64,000 nt of DNA from Alphaproteobacteria bacterium (GCA_965216755.1 CBDCGL010000011.1:2304001-2368000), one strand, 5' to 3'; positions 9,497 to 19,694 are shown, counted from the first letter of the stretch. Notes: generated from the sequence alone by a model not told the origin. Program-made: numbers and translations.

Positions 9497-10291
9497 ATGT
9501 ATCCCTTTACCTACCATCGCCCAGATTCGTCGGCCGCCGCGCAAAGCCTGTTTCGGGGCGCCGATGATCCGAAGTTTCTTGCCGGCGGCATGACTTTGAT
9601 CCCGACCATGAAACAACGGCTTGCGGCGCCGAGCGATCTGATCGATCTGGCCGGCATCGGCGACCTCGCCGGAATCACGGCCGATGGCGACACCGTCGTG
9701 ATCGGCGCCATGACCACGCATGCCGCCGTTGCCGCCAATGCCACCGTCAACGAGAAGATCCCCGCCCTGGCCGCGCTGGCCGGGGATATTGGCGATCCGC
9801 ATGTGCGCAATTGCGGCACCATCGGCGGGTCGATTGCCAACAATGACCCAGCGGCCGACTATCCCGCGGCCGTACTCGGCCTTAGCGCCACTGTGGTCAC
9901 CGATCAGCGTGAAATCGCCGCCGATGATTTCTTTACGGGCATGTTCGAAACCGCTTTGGGCGACAATGAACTGATCACCGCTGTACGGTTTCCCAAGCCG
10001 CAGGCCGCCTGTTACGTCAAGTTCCCAAATCCAGCATCGCGTTACGCGATTGCTGGCGTCATGGTCGCGCGCACCGACAGCGGTGTGCGCGTCGCGGTGA
10101 CCGGTGCCGCGCCTTGTGTGCATCGCGCGACAGCGTTGGAAGACGCACTCAGCGGGTCGTTTTCCGCCGACGCTGTCGAAGGTATCACGATACCAGCCGA
10201 CGACCTGAACAGCGATATTCACGCAAGCGCGGAATATCGCGCGCATCTGGTTGGCGTGATGGCGCGCCGTGCCGTCGCAGGATGCGGTTGA
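9497..10291 (+). CDS. coxM: Mo-hydroxylase FAD-binding medium subunit
   Basis: AGGMTL, GTIGGSIANNDPAAD and KFPNPASRYA motifs. Confidence 0.93.
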   Translation: MYPFTYHRPDSSAAAQSLFRGADDPKFLAGGMTLIPTMKQRLAAPSDLIDLAGIGDLAGITADGDTVVIGAMTTHAAVAANATVNEKIPALAALAGDIGDPHVRNCGTIGGSIANNDPAADYPAAVLGLSATVVTDQREIAADDFFTGMFETALGDNELITAVRFPKPQAACYVKFPNPASRYAIAGVMVARTDSGVRVAVTGAAPCVHRATALEDALSGSFSADAVEGITIPADDLNSDIHASAEYRAHLVGVMARRAVAGCG

Positions 10292-10315
10292 CCGGGCTGA
10301 GTCGGTTACCAAGGC

Positions 10316-10348
10316 GAAAGGGTGGCGTCACGCCGCCCTTTCTTTTTT
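10316..10348 (+). terminator. Rho-independent terminator between structural and maturation genes
   Basis: GAAAGGGTGGCG-tca-CGCCGCCCTTTC followed by T6. Confidence 0.8.
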
Positions 10349-10399
10349 CGGCAACGTCGTACGCTTTGTGAAAAAACCGTTTGCCGCTAAGTTCCGTTC

Positions 10400-11338
10400 A
10401 TGACTCGTTTGCCCGATTCCATTGATGCCACGGTCGATCTACTCGCCCGCGGTGATTATGTCGCCGATCGCAGTTTGGCGACGACCATTTATTTGGCTCT
10501 GACCATGGGCCGGCCGTTGTTCCTCGAAGGCGAAGCCGGGGTTGGCAAAACAGAGATTGCCAAGGTTTTGAGCACCGCTTTGAACCGTCGGCTGGTGCGC
10601 CTGCAATGCTACGAAGGCTTGGACGTGGCAAGCGCGGTATACGAATGGAACTACGCCACCCAAATGATCGAAATACAGGCCGCCAAAGCCGAAGGAATCG
10701 AGGATCGCGAACGGCTTGTTGACGATGTGTTTTCCGAAAGGTTCCTGATCAAGCGGCCAATCCTGCGCGCGCTGGAGCACGACGCGAGCGGCGCCCCACC
10801 GGTCTTGCTGATTGACGAATTGGACCGCACCGACGAGCCGTTCGAGGCATATCTGTTGGAGGTCTTATCCGACTTTCAGGTCACGATCCCGGAAATCGGC
10901 ACGATCGCGGCACCGAAGCCGCCGGTGGTGATTATCACGTCGAACCGCACGCGCGAGATTCATGACGCGCTGAAGCGGCGCTGTCTCTATTACTGGATCG
11001 ACTATCCCGACGCCGCGCGCGAACAAAAGATCCTTTCGATCAAGGTGCCCGGCGCGGCCGAAAGACTTTCGGCCGAAGTTGTCGCATTTGTGCAGGCGTT
11101 GCGCGGGCAGGATTTGTTCAAGGCCCCGGGCATTGCCGAAACGATCGATTGGGCGAGCGCCCTTATGCAGCTCGACAAGATCACGCTGGACAACGAATCC
11201 GTCGACAGCACCCTCGGCGTACTCCTGAAATATCAAGACGACATTGCGCGGATCCAGGGCTCGGAGGCGGCCGGCATTTTGGCCGAGATCAAGTCAGACC
11301 TCGAAGCGCAGGCGGTCGTCGGCGCCGACCATGGATGA
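10400..11338 (+). CDS. coxD: MoxR-family AAA+ ATPase (CoxD-like)
   Basis: Walker A GEAGVGKT, RLQCYEG, Walker B LLIDE, HDALKRRC. Confidence 0.93.
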   Translation: MTRLPDSIDATVDLLARGDYVADRSLATTIYLALTMGRPLFLEGEAGVGKTEIAKVLSTALNRRLVRLQCYEGLDVASAVYEWNYATQMIEIQAAKAEGIEDRERLVDDVFSERFLIKRPILRALEHDASGAPPVLLIDELDRTDEPFEAYLLEVLSDFQVTIPEIGTIAAPKPPVVIITSNRTREIHDALKRRCLYYWIDYPDAAREQKILSIKVPGAAERLSAEVVAFVQALRGQDLFKAPGIAETIDWASALMQLDKITLDNESVDSTLGVLLKYQDDIARIQGSEAAGILAEIKSDLEAQAVVGADHG

Positions 11339-12542
11339 AACACCGCCCGCCGGCATGCTGGCGGCGAATATCATGCATTTCGGGCGCGTGCTGCGCGCCG
11401 CGGGGTTGCCCATCGGCAGCGGCCATATCATCCAGGCCTTGCGCGCCGTTGAAATTGCCGGCGTGCGACGCCGGGATGATGTCTATGCCGCCCTCCGCGC
11501 CGTCTTGATCCATCGCCGCGATCAGCGCGAGCTGTTCGATCAGGCATTTACCGCGTTCTGGCGCAACCCGCGCATACTCGAACGACTCATCGGCATGCTG
11601 CTGCAAGAGATGGGGGTCCCCGGTGCCGAACCCAGCGGAACAGAGGTCGGCCGGCGGCTCGCTGACGCGCTCGCCCAGGGTCGTGGCGGCACGGAACAAC
11701 AAGAGGAGGTCATCGAACTTGATGCCGCGCTGACCGCTTCGGATCGCGATGTCCTGCAAAAGCGCGATTTCGAGACCATGACAGCGGCGGAGGTCGCCGC
11801 CGCCAAAGGCGCGATCGATCGACTGGCCTTGCCCTTGGCGACAGTGCCAACCCGACGAATGGCCCCCGCAGCGGCCGGCGCCCGCGTCGATATGCGGGCA
11901 ACCCTGCGCGCGACCCTGCGCGCCGGCGGCGATGTCATTCCCTTGCGCCACCGCAAGCGTCGCGTGCGGCCGCCGCCGCTGGTCGTGCTGTGCGATATCT
12001 CCGGATCGATGGGCCGATATTCGCGTATGCTGCTGCACTTCGCACACGCCCTGACCAACGATCGCGACCGGGTCCATAGCTTTGTGTTTGGGACGCGGCT
12101 GACGAACATCACCCGCCAACTGCGCAATAAGGATGTCGATGTTGCGCTCGACGCGGTGGTCGATGCCGTCGACGACTGGTCGGGCGGTACCCGCATCGGC
12201 GCTTGTTTGCGCGCCTTCAACCAAGATTGGTCGCGGCGTGTGTTGGGCCAGGGCGCTGTGGTACTATTGATTTCGGATGGCCTGGATCGCGAAGCGGGCG
12301 ACGGGCTGGCCGCGGAAATGGATCGCTTGCATCGATCTGCGCGCCGTTTGATTTGGCTCAACCCGTTATTGCGCTATGAAGGGTTCGCGCCGAAATCCCT
12401 CGGAATCCGGGCCATGTTGCCGCATGTTGACGAATTTCGGCCGATCCACAATCTGGATAGCATCGCCGCGCTCGCTGAGGCCCTGAGCGGGACCGGCGAC
12501 AAGGGCAATGTGCTGCACGAAATGAGGCACCATGATGGATAA
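11331..12542 (+). CDS. coxE: VWA-domain CoxE-like protein
   Basis: MIDAS DISGSM, WSGGTRIG, SDG and WLNPL motifs; overlaps the end of coxD. Confidence 0.92.
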   Translation: MDETPPAGMLAANIMHFGRVLRAAGLPIGSGHIIQALRAVEIAGVRRRDDVYAALRAVLIHRRDQRELFDQAFTAFWRNPRILERLIGMLLQEMGVPGAEPSGTEVGRRLADALAQGRGGTEQQEEVIELDAALTASDRDVLQKRDFETMTAAEVAAAKGAIDRLALPLATVPTRRMAPAAAGARVDMRATLRATLRAGGDVIPLRHRKRRVRPPPLVVLCDISGSMGRYSRMLLHFAHALTNDRDRVHSFVFGTRLTNITRQLRNKDVDVALDAVVDAVDDWSGGTRIGACLRAFNQDWSRRVLGQGAVVLLISDGLDREAGDGLAAEMDRLHRSARRLIWLNPLLRYEGFAPKSLGIRAMLPHVDEFRPIHNLDSIAALAEALSGTGDKGNVLHEMRHHDG

Positions 12543-12855
12543 GAGCGAAGACATTCTGGGCACTGCCGCCGCGTGGCGCGAAGAAGGCCGTGACGTGGCC
12601 CTCGCCACCGTCGTTTCCACTTGGGGTTCGAGCCCACGCCCGGCCGGTAGCCAACTGGTGGTCGATGATCAGGGCGGAATGGTCGGCTCGGTCTCTGGCG
12701 GCTGCATCGAAGGCGCGGTGGTTTTGGAAGCACAGGCGGCTATCGAGGATGGCGAACCACGCTTGTTGACTTTCGGCGTCAGCAACGAGCAAGCCTGGGA
12801 AGTCGGTCTTGCCTGCGGCGGCACGGTCCAAGTATTTGTCGAAAAGGTTGGCTGA
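12532..12855 (+). CDS. XdhC/CoxF family protein, N-terminal half
   Basis: WGSSPRPAG, GSVSGGCIE and GLACGG motifs. Confidence 0.9.
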   Translation: MMDKSEDILGTAAAWREEGRDVALATVVSTWGSSPRPAGSQLVVDDQGGMVGSVSGGCIEGAVVLEAQAAIEDGEPRLLTFGVSNEQAWEVGLACGGTVQVFVEKVG

Positions 12856-12858
12856 GCC

Positions 12859-13578
12859 GTGAAACAAGAAACGCTAGACGCCTTGAACGCGGCGCGTGCC
12901 GCCCTGCAGCCAATCGCGCTCGCCACGCGACTCGAAGACGGCGCCCAATGGTTGATCGTGCCCGACCAAGCCACGACCGACGCGCCAACGGAGATTGTAG
13001 AGGCGGCGCAGGTTGCCCTGTTCGACGACCAAAGCCGGACAGTCGAAACTGACCTGGGCGCGGTGTTTCTGCAGGTACACAATCCGCCGCTGCGCATGGC
13101 AATCATCGGCGCCGTGCATATCGCCCAAGCCCTGGCACCCATGGCGACGCGTGCCGGCTTTGCTGTCACGGTTATTGATCCACGCGGCGCGTTCGCTACC
13201 GAAGACCGTTTCCCGGGCGTGATCATTTCCGATGAGTGGCCCGACGACGCCATGACGGCCTTGGCGCCCGACCGACGCACGGCCGTTGTCACTTTGACCC
13301 ACGATCCGAAGTTGGACGACCCGGCGCTCGATGTCGCACTCAAGTCCGAGGCCTTCTATGTTGGCAGCTTGGGCAGTAAGAAGACGCACGCGGCACGTCG
13401 CCAGCGCCTGCGCGACATGGGCTTCGACGACACCGTCATCGACCGCATACGTGGCCCTATCGGTTTGTCGATCGGCGCCAAATCGCCGGCGGAGATCGCG
13501 GTGTCAATTTTGGCACAGATTATCGAGGCCCGGCGCAATCCACCCAATTCGGCAACCGCGACGGACCGGGCGGCGTGA
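12859..13578 (+). CDS. XdhC family protein, Rossmann (C-terminal) half
   Basis: GAVHIA, THDPKLD, YVGSLGS and PIGLSIGAKSPAEIAVSI motifs. Confidence 0.9.
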   Translation: MKQETLDALNAARAALQPIALATRLEDGAQWLIVPDQATTDAPTEIVEAAQVALFDDQSRTVETDLGAVFLQVHNPPLRMAIIGAVHIAQALAPMATRAGFAVTVIDPRGAFATEDRFPGVIISDEWPDDAMTALAPDRRTAVVTLTHDPKLDDPALDVALKSEAFYVGSLGSKKTHAARRQRLRDMGFDDTVIDRIRGPIGLSIGAKSPAEIAVSILAQIIEARRNPPNSATATDRAA

Positions 13579-15221
13579 AATTCGGCCCGATCTCTGTTGC
13601 CGATGCCGAAGGCGCAATTCTGGCGCATAGCGTGCGTACCGATCAGCGTGTTCTCAAGAAAGGGCTGGTGCTTGATTCAGCCGCTCTTTCGGCGCTGCGC
13701 GACGCCGGCATTCAGTCGATCGTGGCGGCGCGGCTGGAAACCGATGACGTGCCTGAGGATGACGCAGCCGCCGCCATCGGCGCGGCCGCTCTGGGTGACA
13801 ATGCGACCCTGACCGCACCATTTACGGGTCGCTGCAACATCGTTGCCGCCAGCCACGGCATCGCGCAAATCGATGAGGCCCGGTTGGGCCAGATCAACCG
13901 ACTGGATGAAGCGCTCACCATCGCAACTGTGCCCCGTTTTGCCGTGGTGGCGCCGCGTCAGTTGGTGGCGACGGTCAAGATTATCCCCTTTGCCGCGCCC
14001 CGCGCGGTCGTCAGCGAGGCGGAAAAGATCGCGGCTTCCGGCGGCCCCCTCGTCCGCGTGGCGCCATTTCGCGAACTGACCGGCTGCCTTATCTTGTCGC
14101 GGCTGCCCGGCACGAAAGAATCGATTCTCGACAACACGGTCAAGACCGTGCGCGCGCGCCTGCGCGCCGTCGACGGCCGCTTGGTCGGCGAAGATCGGGT
14201 TGACCATGACATATCGGCCATCGCGGGTGCGGTCAGCCGCGCGCTGGACGGCGGCTGCGATTTGCTCTTCATCAGTGGCGCGTCCGCGATCGTCGACCGG
14301 CGCGATATTGTCCCCGCCGCCATCGAGGCCAGCGGCGGTATGATCGACCATTTCGGCATGCCCGTCGACCCCGGCAACTTGCTGCTGTTGGGTCATATGG
14401 ACAGGGCAGGCGAACGCGTGCCGGTGATCGGTTTGCCTGGATGCGCGCGCTCCCCCAAACTCAATGGCTTCGACTGGGTGTTGGAGCGCCTCGCTGCAGG
14501 GCTGACCGTAACGCGCGACGATATTATGGCCATGGGCGCGGGGGGCCTGCTGAAGGAAATTCCGTCGCGGCCACAGCCGCGGACCGGTGCCGAAATACGC
14601 CACGGGCGCGACACAGGGGGCAGCATGGCGCCACGAATTGCGGCCATCGTTCTGGCCGCCGGCCGGTCGCGGCGCATGGGACCAACCAACAAGCTGCTGG
14701 CCAAGGTTGACGGCGTCGCGATGGTTCGGCATGCGGTCGACGCGGCCTGCGCGGCCGGCGCCGCACCCATTGTCGTGGTCACCGGACATGAAGCGGATGC
14801 AGTCCGTGCGGCTCTGGCCGGAACCGATGTTGTTTATGTGCACAACCCCGATTACACCGACGGTTTGAGTGGTAGTTTGCGCCATGGTGTCGGTGCACTG
14901 AACGAGCATTGCGACGGAGCGGTGGTTTGTCTCGGTGACATGCCGCGCATCGGTGCCGACCATATCCGGCGACTGATCGCCGCGTTCGATCCGATCGAAG
15001 GGCGCGCGATCTGCGTGCCCGTGCACCGGGGTAAGCGCGGCAATCCGGTGCTGTGGGCGGCCCGCTTCTTGACCGAAATGACCGCTGTCGCCGGCGATGT
15101 CGGCGCCAAGCATTTGATCGGTGAACATGCGGAATTGGTGTGTGAAGTACCGTTCGACGATGACGCGGTGCTGCTGGATGTCGATACACCTGACGTGTTG
15201 GCGGCGGTACGCAAGTCTTAG
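13575..15221 (+). CDS. Molybdopterin-binding domain / Mo cofactor cytidylyltransferase (MocA-like) fusion
   Basis: GMPVDPGNL and GLPGCARS in the N-part; LAAGRSRRMG..NKLL, LGDMP, GNPV and DVDTP in the C-part. Confidence 0.9.
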   Translation: MKFGPISVADAEGAILAHSVRTDQRVLKKGLVLDSAALSALRDAGIQSIVAARLETDDVPEDDAAAAIGAAALGDNATLTAPFTGRCNIVAASHGIAQIDEARLGQINRLDEALTIATVPRFAVVAPRQLVATVKIIPFAAPRAVVSEAEKIAASGGPLVRVAPFRELTGCLILSRLPGTKESILDNTVKTVRARLRAVDGRLVGEDRVDHDISAIAGAVSRALDGGCDLLFISGASAIVDRRDIVPAAIEASGGMIDHFGMPVDPGNLLLLGHMDRAGERVPVIGLPGCARSPKLNGFDWVLERLAAGLTVTRDDIMAMGAGGLLKEIPSRPQPRTGAEIRHGRDTGGSMAPRIAAIVLAAGRSRRMGPTNKLLAKVDGVAMVRHAVDAACAAGAAPIVVVTGHEADAVRAALAGTDVVYVHNPDYTDGLSGSLRHGVGALNEHCDGAVVCLGDMPRIGADHIRRLIAAFDPIEGRAICVPVHRGKRGNPVLWAARFLTEMTAVAGDVGAKHLIGEHAELVCEVPFDDDAVLLDVDTPDVLAAVRKS

Positions 15222-15242
15222 CGGGTCTCGGACAAAGGCGGT

Positions 15243-15668
15243 ATGAACGACGGTCTCTATCAAAAATCTATCATGGATTTGGCGCGCGACACGACGACCG
15301 CCGGCAACCTTGATGAGGCCGATGCAACGGCAACTGTTCACAATCCGCTGTGCGGCGATCGCGTCACCATCGCGCTGCGCATACAGGACGGCACAGTGGC
15401 GGCGGTGCGGCACCGGGTCAAAGGCTGTGCTCTGTGCCAAGCGGCGGCAGCGACGGTCGGCCGCCACGCCCCGGGTGCGACCGTCGAGAATCTGCGCGAT
15501 GTGAGCGCGGCGACGGAAGCGATGCTCAAACACGGCAGCGCGCCAAACAGCGTATGGCCCGACATCGAGGCCTTCCAGCCGGTCGCCGCCCATAGGTCCC
15601 GTCACGAATGCGTCATGTTGCCGTTCCGCGCCCTGCTCAAAGCTGTTGACAGCCTAACCGTCTCGTAG
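15243..15668 (+). CDS. SufU/IscU-like (NifU_N) protein
   Basis: NPLCGD, GCALCQA and RHEC motifs. Confidence 0.85.
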   Translation: MNDGLYQKSIMDLARDTTTAGNLDEADATATVHNPLCGDRVTIALRIQDGTVAAVRHRVKGCALCQAAAATVGRHAPGATVENLRDVSAATEAMLKHGSAPNSVWPDIEAFQPVAAHRSRHECVMLPFRALLKAVDSLTVS

Positions 15669-15730
15669 GGCGCGCCTCGCCTGTGCGATAGTGTTCGACG
15701 TTGCGACGCTTACGGTAGGGAGTCCGCGCC

Positions 15731-16726
15731 ATGTCAGACGCTCAATTGCCGTGGCGGCCGGGAGATCCGGTCGCCGAACCGACCCAAGACATCGACGCCG
15801 CCAAAGCCGACATGAAACGGTTTGGCTATTGCGTGCTGGCCCATGCCTTGGATCCGGCGACGTTGGCCGAGGCCCGCGACCGCCTGGTTTCACAGGCCGA
15901 AGCCGAACGACGCGCAGGCATCGCCTTTGCCGATCAAGGCCCCAATCAGCCACCCAAGCGCGACTATGGCCTACTCGGTGCCGATGTTTTCACGGAAGCC
16001 GGCGGCGGCGTCAACCAGCGGGTCTGGATGTTGGTCAACAAGGGCCGCGTGTTCCGTGACTTGGTCACCCACCCCCTGACCACACCCATCATCGAGGCCG
16101 TCTTGGGCCCGGATTTCCTCCTGTCGACCCTTTCGGCGAACATCGCCAAGCCCGGCGGCACGTTGATGGGGCTGCATACTGATCAATGGTGGATGCCACG
16201 ACCGCTGCCCCGTCACGAACCACCGGTCCGCGCCGGCGCTATCAGACGTGGTGAGTATTATGGCCGCGACGACGGCGATCCACAGCGCGCGATCAATCCG
16301 CCTGTCTGCTGCAACGTGATGTTCTGCCTCAACGACTTCACCGAGGCCAATGGTGCCACCCGCCTGGTGCCAAACAGCCATTTGACGGGCTTGCAGCCGC
16401 CGCCCGACGTGCCGCACGTCGTGCCGTCAATTGCCGCCGAAGCGCCGGCGGGCACGGCGATCGTCTTCGAGGGCCGCACATGGCACGGCACTGGGGCCAA
16501 TCGCGCCAACGGGCCGCGCCTGGGTGTGCTCGCCACCTATTGCGCGCCGCAGTTTCGCACTCAGGAAAACTACACACTGGGCGTCGATCCGGCGGCCCTC
16601 GACGGCGCCTCCGATGCACTGCTGGCACGGCTGGGTTTCAAGATCTGGAATGCCTACGGTCGCACCGGTGATCCGAACCGGGAATTTGTCTATCCACCGG
16701 CAGCGCCCGTCGGCGAAATGGAATGA
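15731..16726 (+). CDS. Phytanoyl-CoA dioxygenase (PhyH) family Fe(II)/2-OG enzyme
   Basis: LHTD facial motif, DFTEANGATRLVPNSH, WHGTGAN...R, QEN. Confidence 0.88.
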   Translation: MSDAQLPWRPGDPVAEPTQDIDAAKADMKRFGYCVLAHALDPATLAEARDRLVSQAEAERRAGIAFADQGPNQPPKRDYGLLGADVFTEAGGGVNQRVWMLVNKGRVFRDLVTHPLTTPIIEAVLGPDFLLSTLSANIAKPGGTLMGLHTDQWWMPRPLPRHEPPVRAGAIRRGEYYGRDDGDPQRAINPPVCCNVMFCLNDFTEANGATRLVPNSHLTGLQPPPDVPHVVPSIAAEAPAGTAIVFEGRTWHGTGANRANGPRLGVLATYCAPQFRTQENYTLGVDPAALDGASDALLARLGFKIWNAYGRTGDPNREFVYPPAAPVGEME

Positions 16727-16735
16727 TTTTCGGTA

Positions 16736-16828
16736 ATTTCCGTGACAGTTTACTAAATACGCAACATATTGCGAGGTAATATCCCTGAGATACGATATTT
16801 TGTGTATTTAGTAAACTGTCACGGAAAT
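16736..16828. repeat. REPIN-like element, copy 1
   Basis: Perfect 25-bp inverted arms ATTTCCGTGACAGTTTACTAAATAC / GTATTTAGTAAACTGTCACGGAAAT around a 43-nt AT-rich spacer, between convergent genes. Confidence 0.9.
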
Positions 16829-16841
16829 AGACGGATGGGCG

Positions 16842-19694
16842 TCATGTCGTCGGCGGCCGTGCCGGTTCATGAGCCAAGTCCGGCTCGCCGCATTGGGAAA
16901 GCACCGCGGCGCGAACCTGATCGCGGAGTGAGAGCACGTCCGACCAATCATCGGACTTGGCTACAATTGCCGGCAGAATCGTCACTATGACCCGGCCGCT
17001 GCGGGCGAAGCCGCCGGTCCCGCGCAGAACCGCGCGGGTGCCGCGGATCGCCACCGGAATGACCGGCGCGCGCGCACGCGCCGCCGTCACAAAAGCGCCC
17101 ATATGAAACGGGCGCAGGCCCGGGCGCCGATCAAATGTGCCCTCGGGAAACACGACCAGCGCGTCGCCCTTGGCCAGCGTCGCACCCAATTGATCGACAT
17201 CGTTGAGGCTCGCCCGAGGGTCGATTCGTTCCACAAACACTGTGCCGAGGCGGCGCAAGAATGAGCCGGCGATCAGAGGTGTCGCCAATTCGCGCTTGGC
17301 GACAAACGCGCATCGCGGCGGCAAGACGGCACTCAATACCAAGCTATCGAGATAGCTCGCGTGGTTCGCCACGAACACGACCGGCCCATCGGTGACATGC
17401 TCGGCGCTCATGACCTCGGGGGCGAGCCCGGTCCAGCGCAGCATCAGCCGCGCCGCGCCGCGCAAGATGCAACGTCGCCGGCGGAGCCCCGGTGCCGCTA
17501 CTACGGCGCCCCAAACCGAAGGCGCCAATCCCAAATAGACAATCCTGAACCATGCCGCGAACGCGAAGGCGCCAATCGCACGGACAACGCGCTGCCACGC
17601 CGGTCGCACGCTTGCCCCGAAAAGCAACAGAAACCGGTGCCAGGGCGCCGCTGGCGGCTTATCAAGTCGCCCGCTTTCATAAAGTTGGCGGCAGGCCGCG
17701 CGACGTATCTTGCCGTTGTTCGTTTTGAGAACAGTTCCCGGCTGTGCCAAGACGATGTCGTCCGGGGGAAGTTCAGCGTGCGACGTGACCACTCGGCGGA
17801 CTTCACCGGCGAGGATTTCGCGTGCCGCCCGGTCGCGTTTTCGGGTTTCGGCCAACACGACCAACTTTTCCGTACCCGATGCCACACTGGAGACCGCGAA
17901 GACCGCGACCCGGCCTTTGCGCACGCCATCGATATTGCCGATGGCCGTTTCGATTTCGTCCGGATACAGGTTGCGCCCAGCGCGAACGATGATGTCCTTT
18001 TCGCGCCCGGTAATAAACAACTCGCCGTCGGCGATATAGCCCAAATCACCGGTATTGACCCAACCATCGTCAAACAACGCGGCGGTTTTGTCTGGTGCCC
18101 GATAATAGCCGGCAGTTGCCGACGGGCCGCAAAACTGAATCCGGCCAACCTCGCGATCGCCCGCTTCACTGCCGCCAGATCCGACCACACGCACCTGATG
18201 ACCAGCGATGGGCACCCCGCAGCTGACAATGTCCAACGCCGAGGCGTCACGCGCCGACGACGGCTGTGCGCGGCCCTTCCGCGCCAAGGCGGCGCGGTCG
18301 ATTCGATCGATCCGGGGACCCCGCTGCAACGGTGTGATCGTCACGGCAACGGCATTTTCGGCCAGGCCATACATCGGCGTCATCGCCCTTGGATCGAACC
18401 CATGGTCAGCAAACCGTCGATTAAATTTATCGATGGTCACGCCACTGACAGCCTCGGCCCCCGTGCCCGCCATACGCCAAGACGACAGATCGATGTCTGC
18501 CAGATCCGCATCGCGCAGGCGCGTCGCACACATTTCAAAGGCAAAGTTTGGTGCCGCCGAAAGCGTGCCGCCATGTTGTGTGATGGCGCGCAGCCAGCGC
18601 GACGGCCGTGCCATAAATCGCAACGGTGGTATGCATATCATTGGGCAACCATAGGTAAGACTGCCCAACCAATGACCGATCAACCCCATGTCGTGATAAA
18701 GCGGCAACCAATTCACGACCACGTCGTCGGGGGTCGCACGGATGGCATGGGCCAACCCGTGAATATTGGCGACAAGATTAGCATGGCTCAGCACAACACC
18801 TTTCGGATCGCCGGTGCTGCCGGACGTATATTGCACCAGCGCGGGCGCTTCCGGCGCCAAATCCGGCCACATTGGTCGCGCGCCGCTGCGGCGCAAATCA
18901 TCGGGAGCCACGATATGTGTCAGGCTTTCGACTTGCGCCTGAACCAATTGGCAAAACCGGCCAATCTCGGTTGGGGCGACAAGAATGGGCGCGCGCGCAT
19001 TGCGCAGAATGGCGGCTTGTCGCATGACATGATCGACCAGATGCCCGCTCGGCGCCGGCGGGTAGAGGGGCACCGGCACGGCACCCGCGATCAGAGCGCC
19101 AAAAAAGCAATAGAAAAAATCCGCGCAGGTCGGCAGCATCGTGGCCACGGCTTGCCCCGACCCAATGCCGAGTTCCCCAAGCCCGGCTGCTATCGCCTGC
19201 GCGCCATGCCACAAATCGTCGTAGGTCAACGGCGGCGTGTCGTCATCTGTGCCAGACAACTGCACATGGGCACGGTCTGGATGCGCCGTGCAGTGTGCCT
19301 CAAGAACTTGGAGCAAGGTGGTCGCCTGGCGCGGCACGCTTACGGTGCCGGTGCCGCCGCTGCGCAGCGGCGCGGCCGCCCAATCGGCCGGCGCCAGCGC
19401 CTGTCCCGCCCACGTCAAGGCCTCAGCCAGATCTGCAGGCGTTGCGGCCGCCATCACGATTTCTTCCGAGAGCCGCGTATCGAACGCGTGTTCGATCCGC
19501 GCCAGCAGTTCGGCACGACCCAAACTGTCGATGCCGAAGTCCTGATCGAGCGATGCGTCGGGCCCAAGCTCGACCAGATCGCGACGCCGCGGCTGCATTT
19601 CCGTGGCCAGTTCGCGCACCAACGCGACCACGCGCGCTTCGCGTGCCGGCGTCGTGGCGGCCCCATCCGAGCACTGAGAGGGATCCCTGGACAT
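16842..19694 (-). CDS. Trimodular ACP - fatty acyl-AMP ligase - PlsC-type acyltransferase
   Basis: GIDSL phosphopantetheine site; QYTSGSTGDPKG, WLPLYHDMGLIG, YGLAE and TGD; NHASYLD and FPEGT. Confidence 0.9.
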   Translation of the reverse strand: MSRDPSQCSDGAATTPAREARVVALVRELATEMQPRRRDLVELGPDASLDQDFGIDSLGRAELLARIEHAFDTRLSEEIVMAAATPADLAEALTWAGQALAPADWAAAPLRSGGTGTVSVPRQATTLLQVLEAHCTAHPDRAHVQLSGTDDDTPPLTYDDLWHGAQAIAAGLGELGIGSGQAVATMLPTCADFFYCFFGALIAGAVPVPLYPPAPSGHLVDHVMRQAAILRNARAPILVAPTEIGRFCQLVQAQVESLTHIVAPDDLRRSGARPMWPDLAPEAPALVQYTSGSTGDPKGVVLSHANLVANIHGLAHAIRATPDDVVVNWLPLYHDMGLIGHWLGSLTYGCPMICIPPLRFMARPSRWLRAITQHGGTLSAAPNFAFEMCATRLRDADLADIDLSSWRMAGTGAEAVSGVTIDKFNRRFADHGFDPRAMTPMYGLAENAVAVTITPLQRGPRIDRIDRAALARKGRAQPSSARDASALDIVSCGVPIAGHQVRVVGSGGSEAGDREVGRIQFCGPSATAGYYRAPDKTAALFDDGWVNTGDLGYIADGELFITGREKDIIVRAGRNLYPDEIETAIGNIDGVRKGRVAVFAVSSVASGTEKLVVLAETRKRDRAAREILAGEVRRVVTSHAELPPDDIVLAQPGTVLKTNNGKIRRAACRQLYESGRLDKPPAAPWHRFLLLFGASVRPAWQRVVRAIGAFAFAAWFRIVYLGLAPSVWGAVVAAPGLRRRRCILRGAARLMLRWTGLAPEVMSAEHVTDGPVVFVANHASYLDSLVLSAVLPPRCAFVAKRELATPLIAGSFLRRLGTVFVERIDPRASLNDVDQLGATLAKGDALVVFPEGTFDRRPGLRPFHMGAFVTAARARAPVIPVAIRGTRAVLRGTGGFARSGRVIVTILPAIVAKSDDWSDVLSLRDQVRAAVLSQCGEPDLAHEPARPPTT

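Noticed and set aside
12532-13578. Split xdhC as a pseudogene
   Set aside because: Both halves have proper starts and stops, and two-gene XdhC is common in alphaproteobacterial cox loci.
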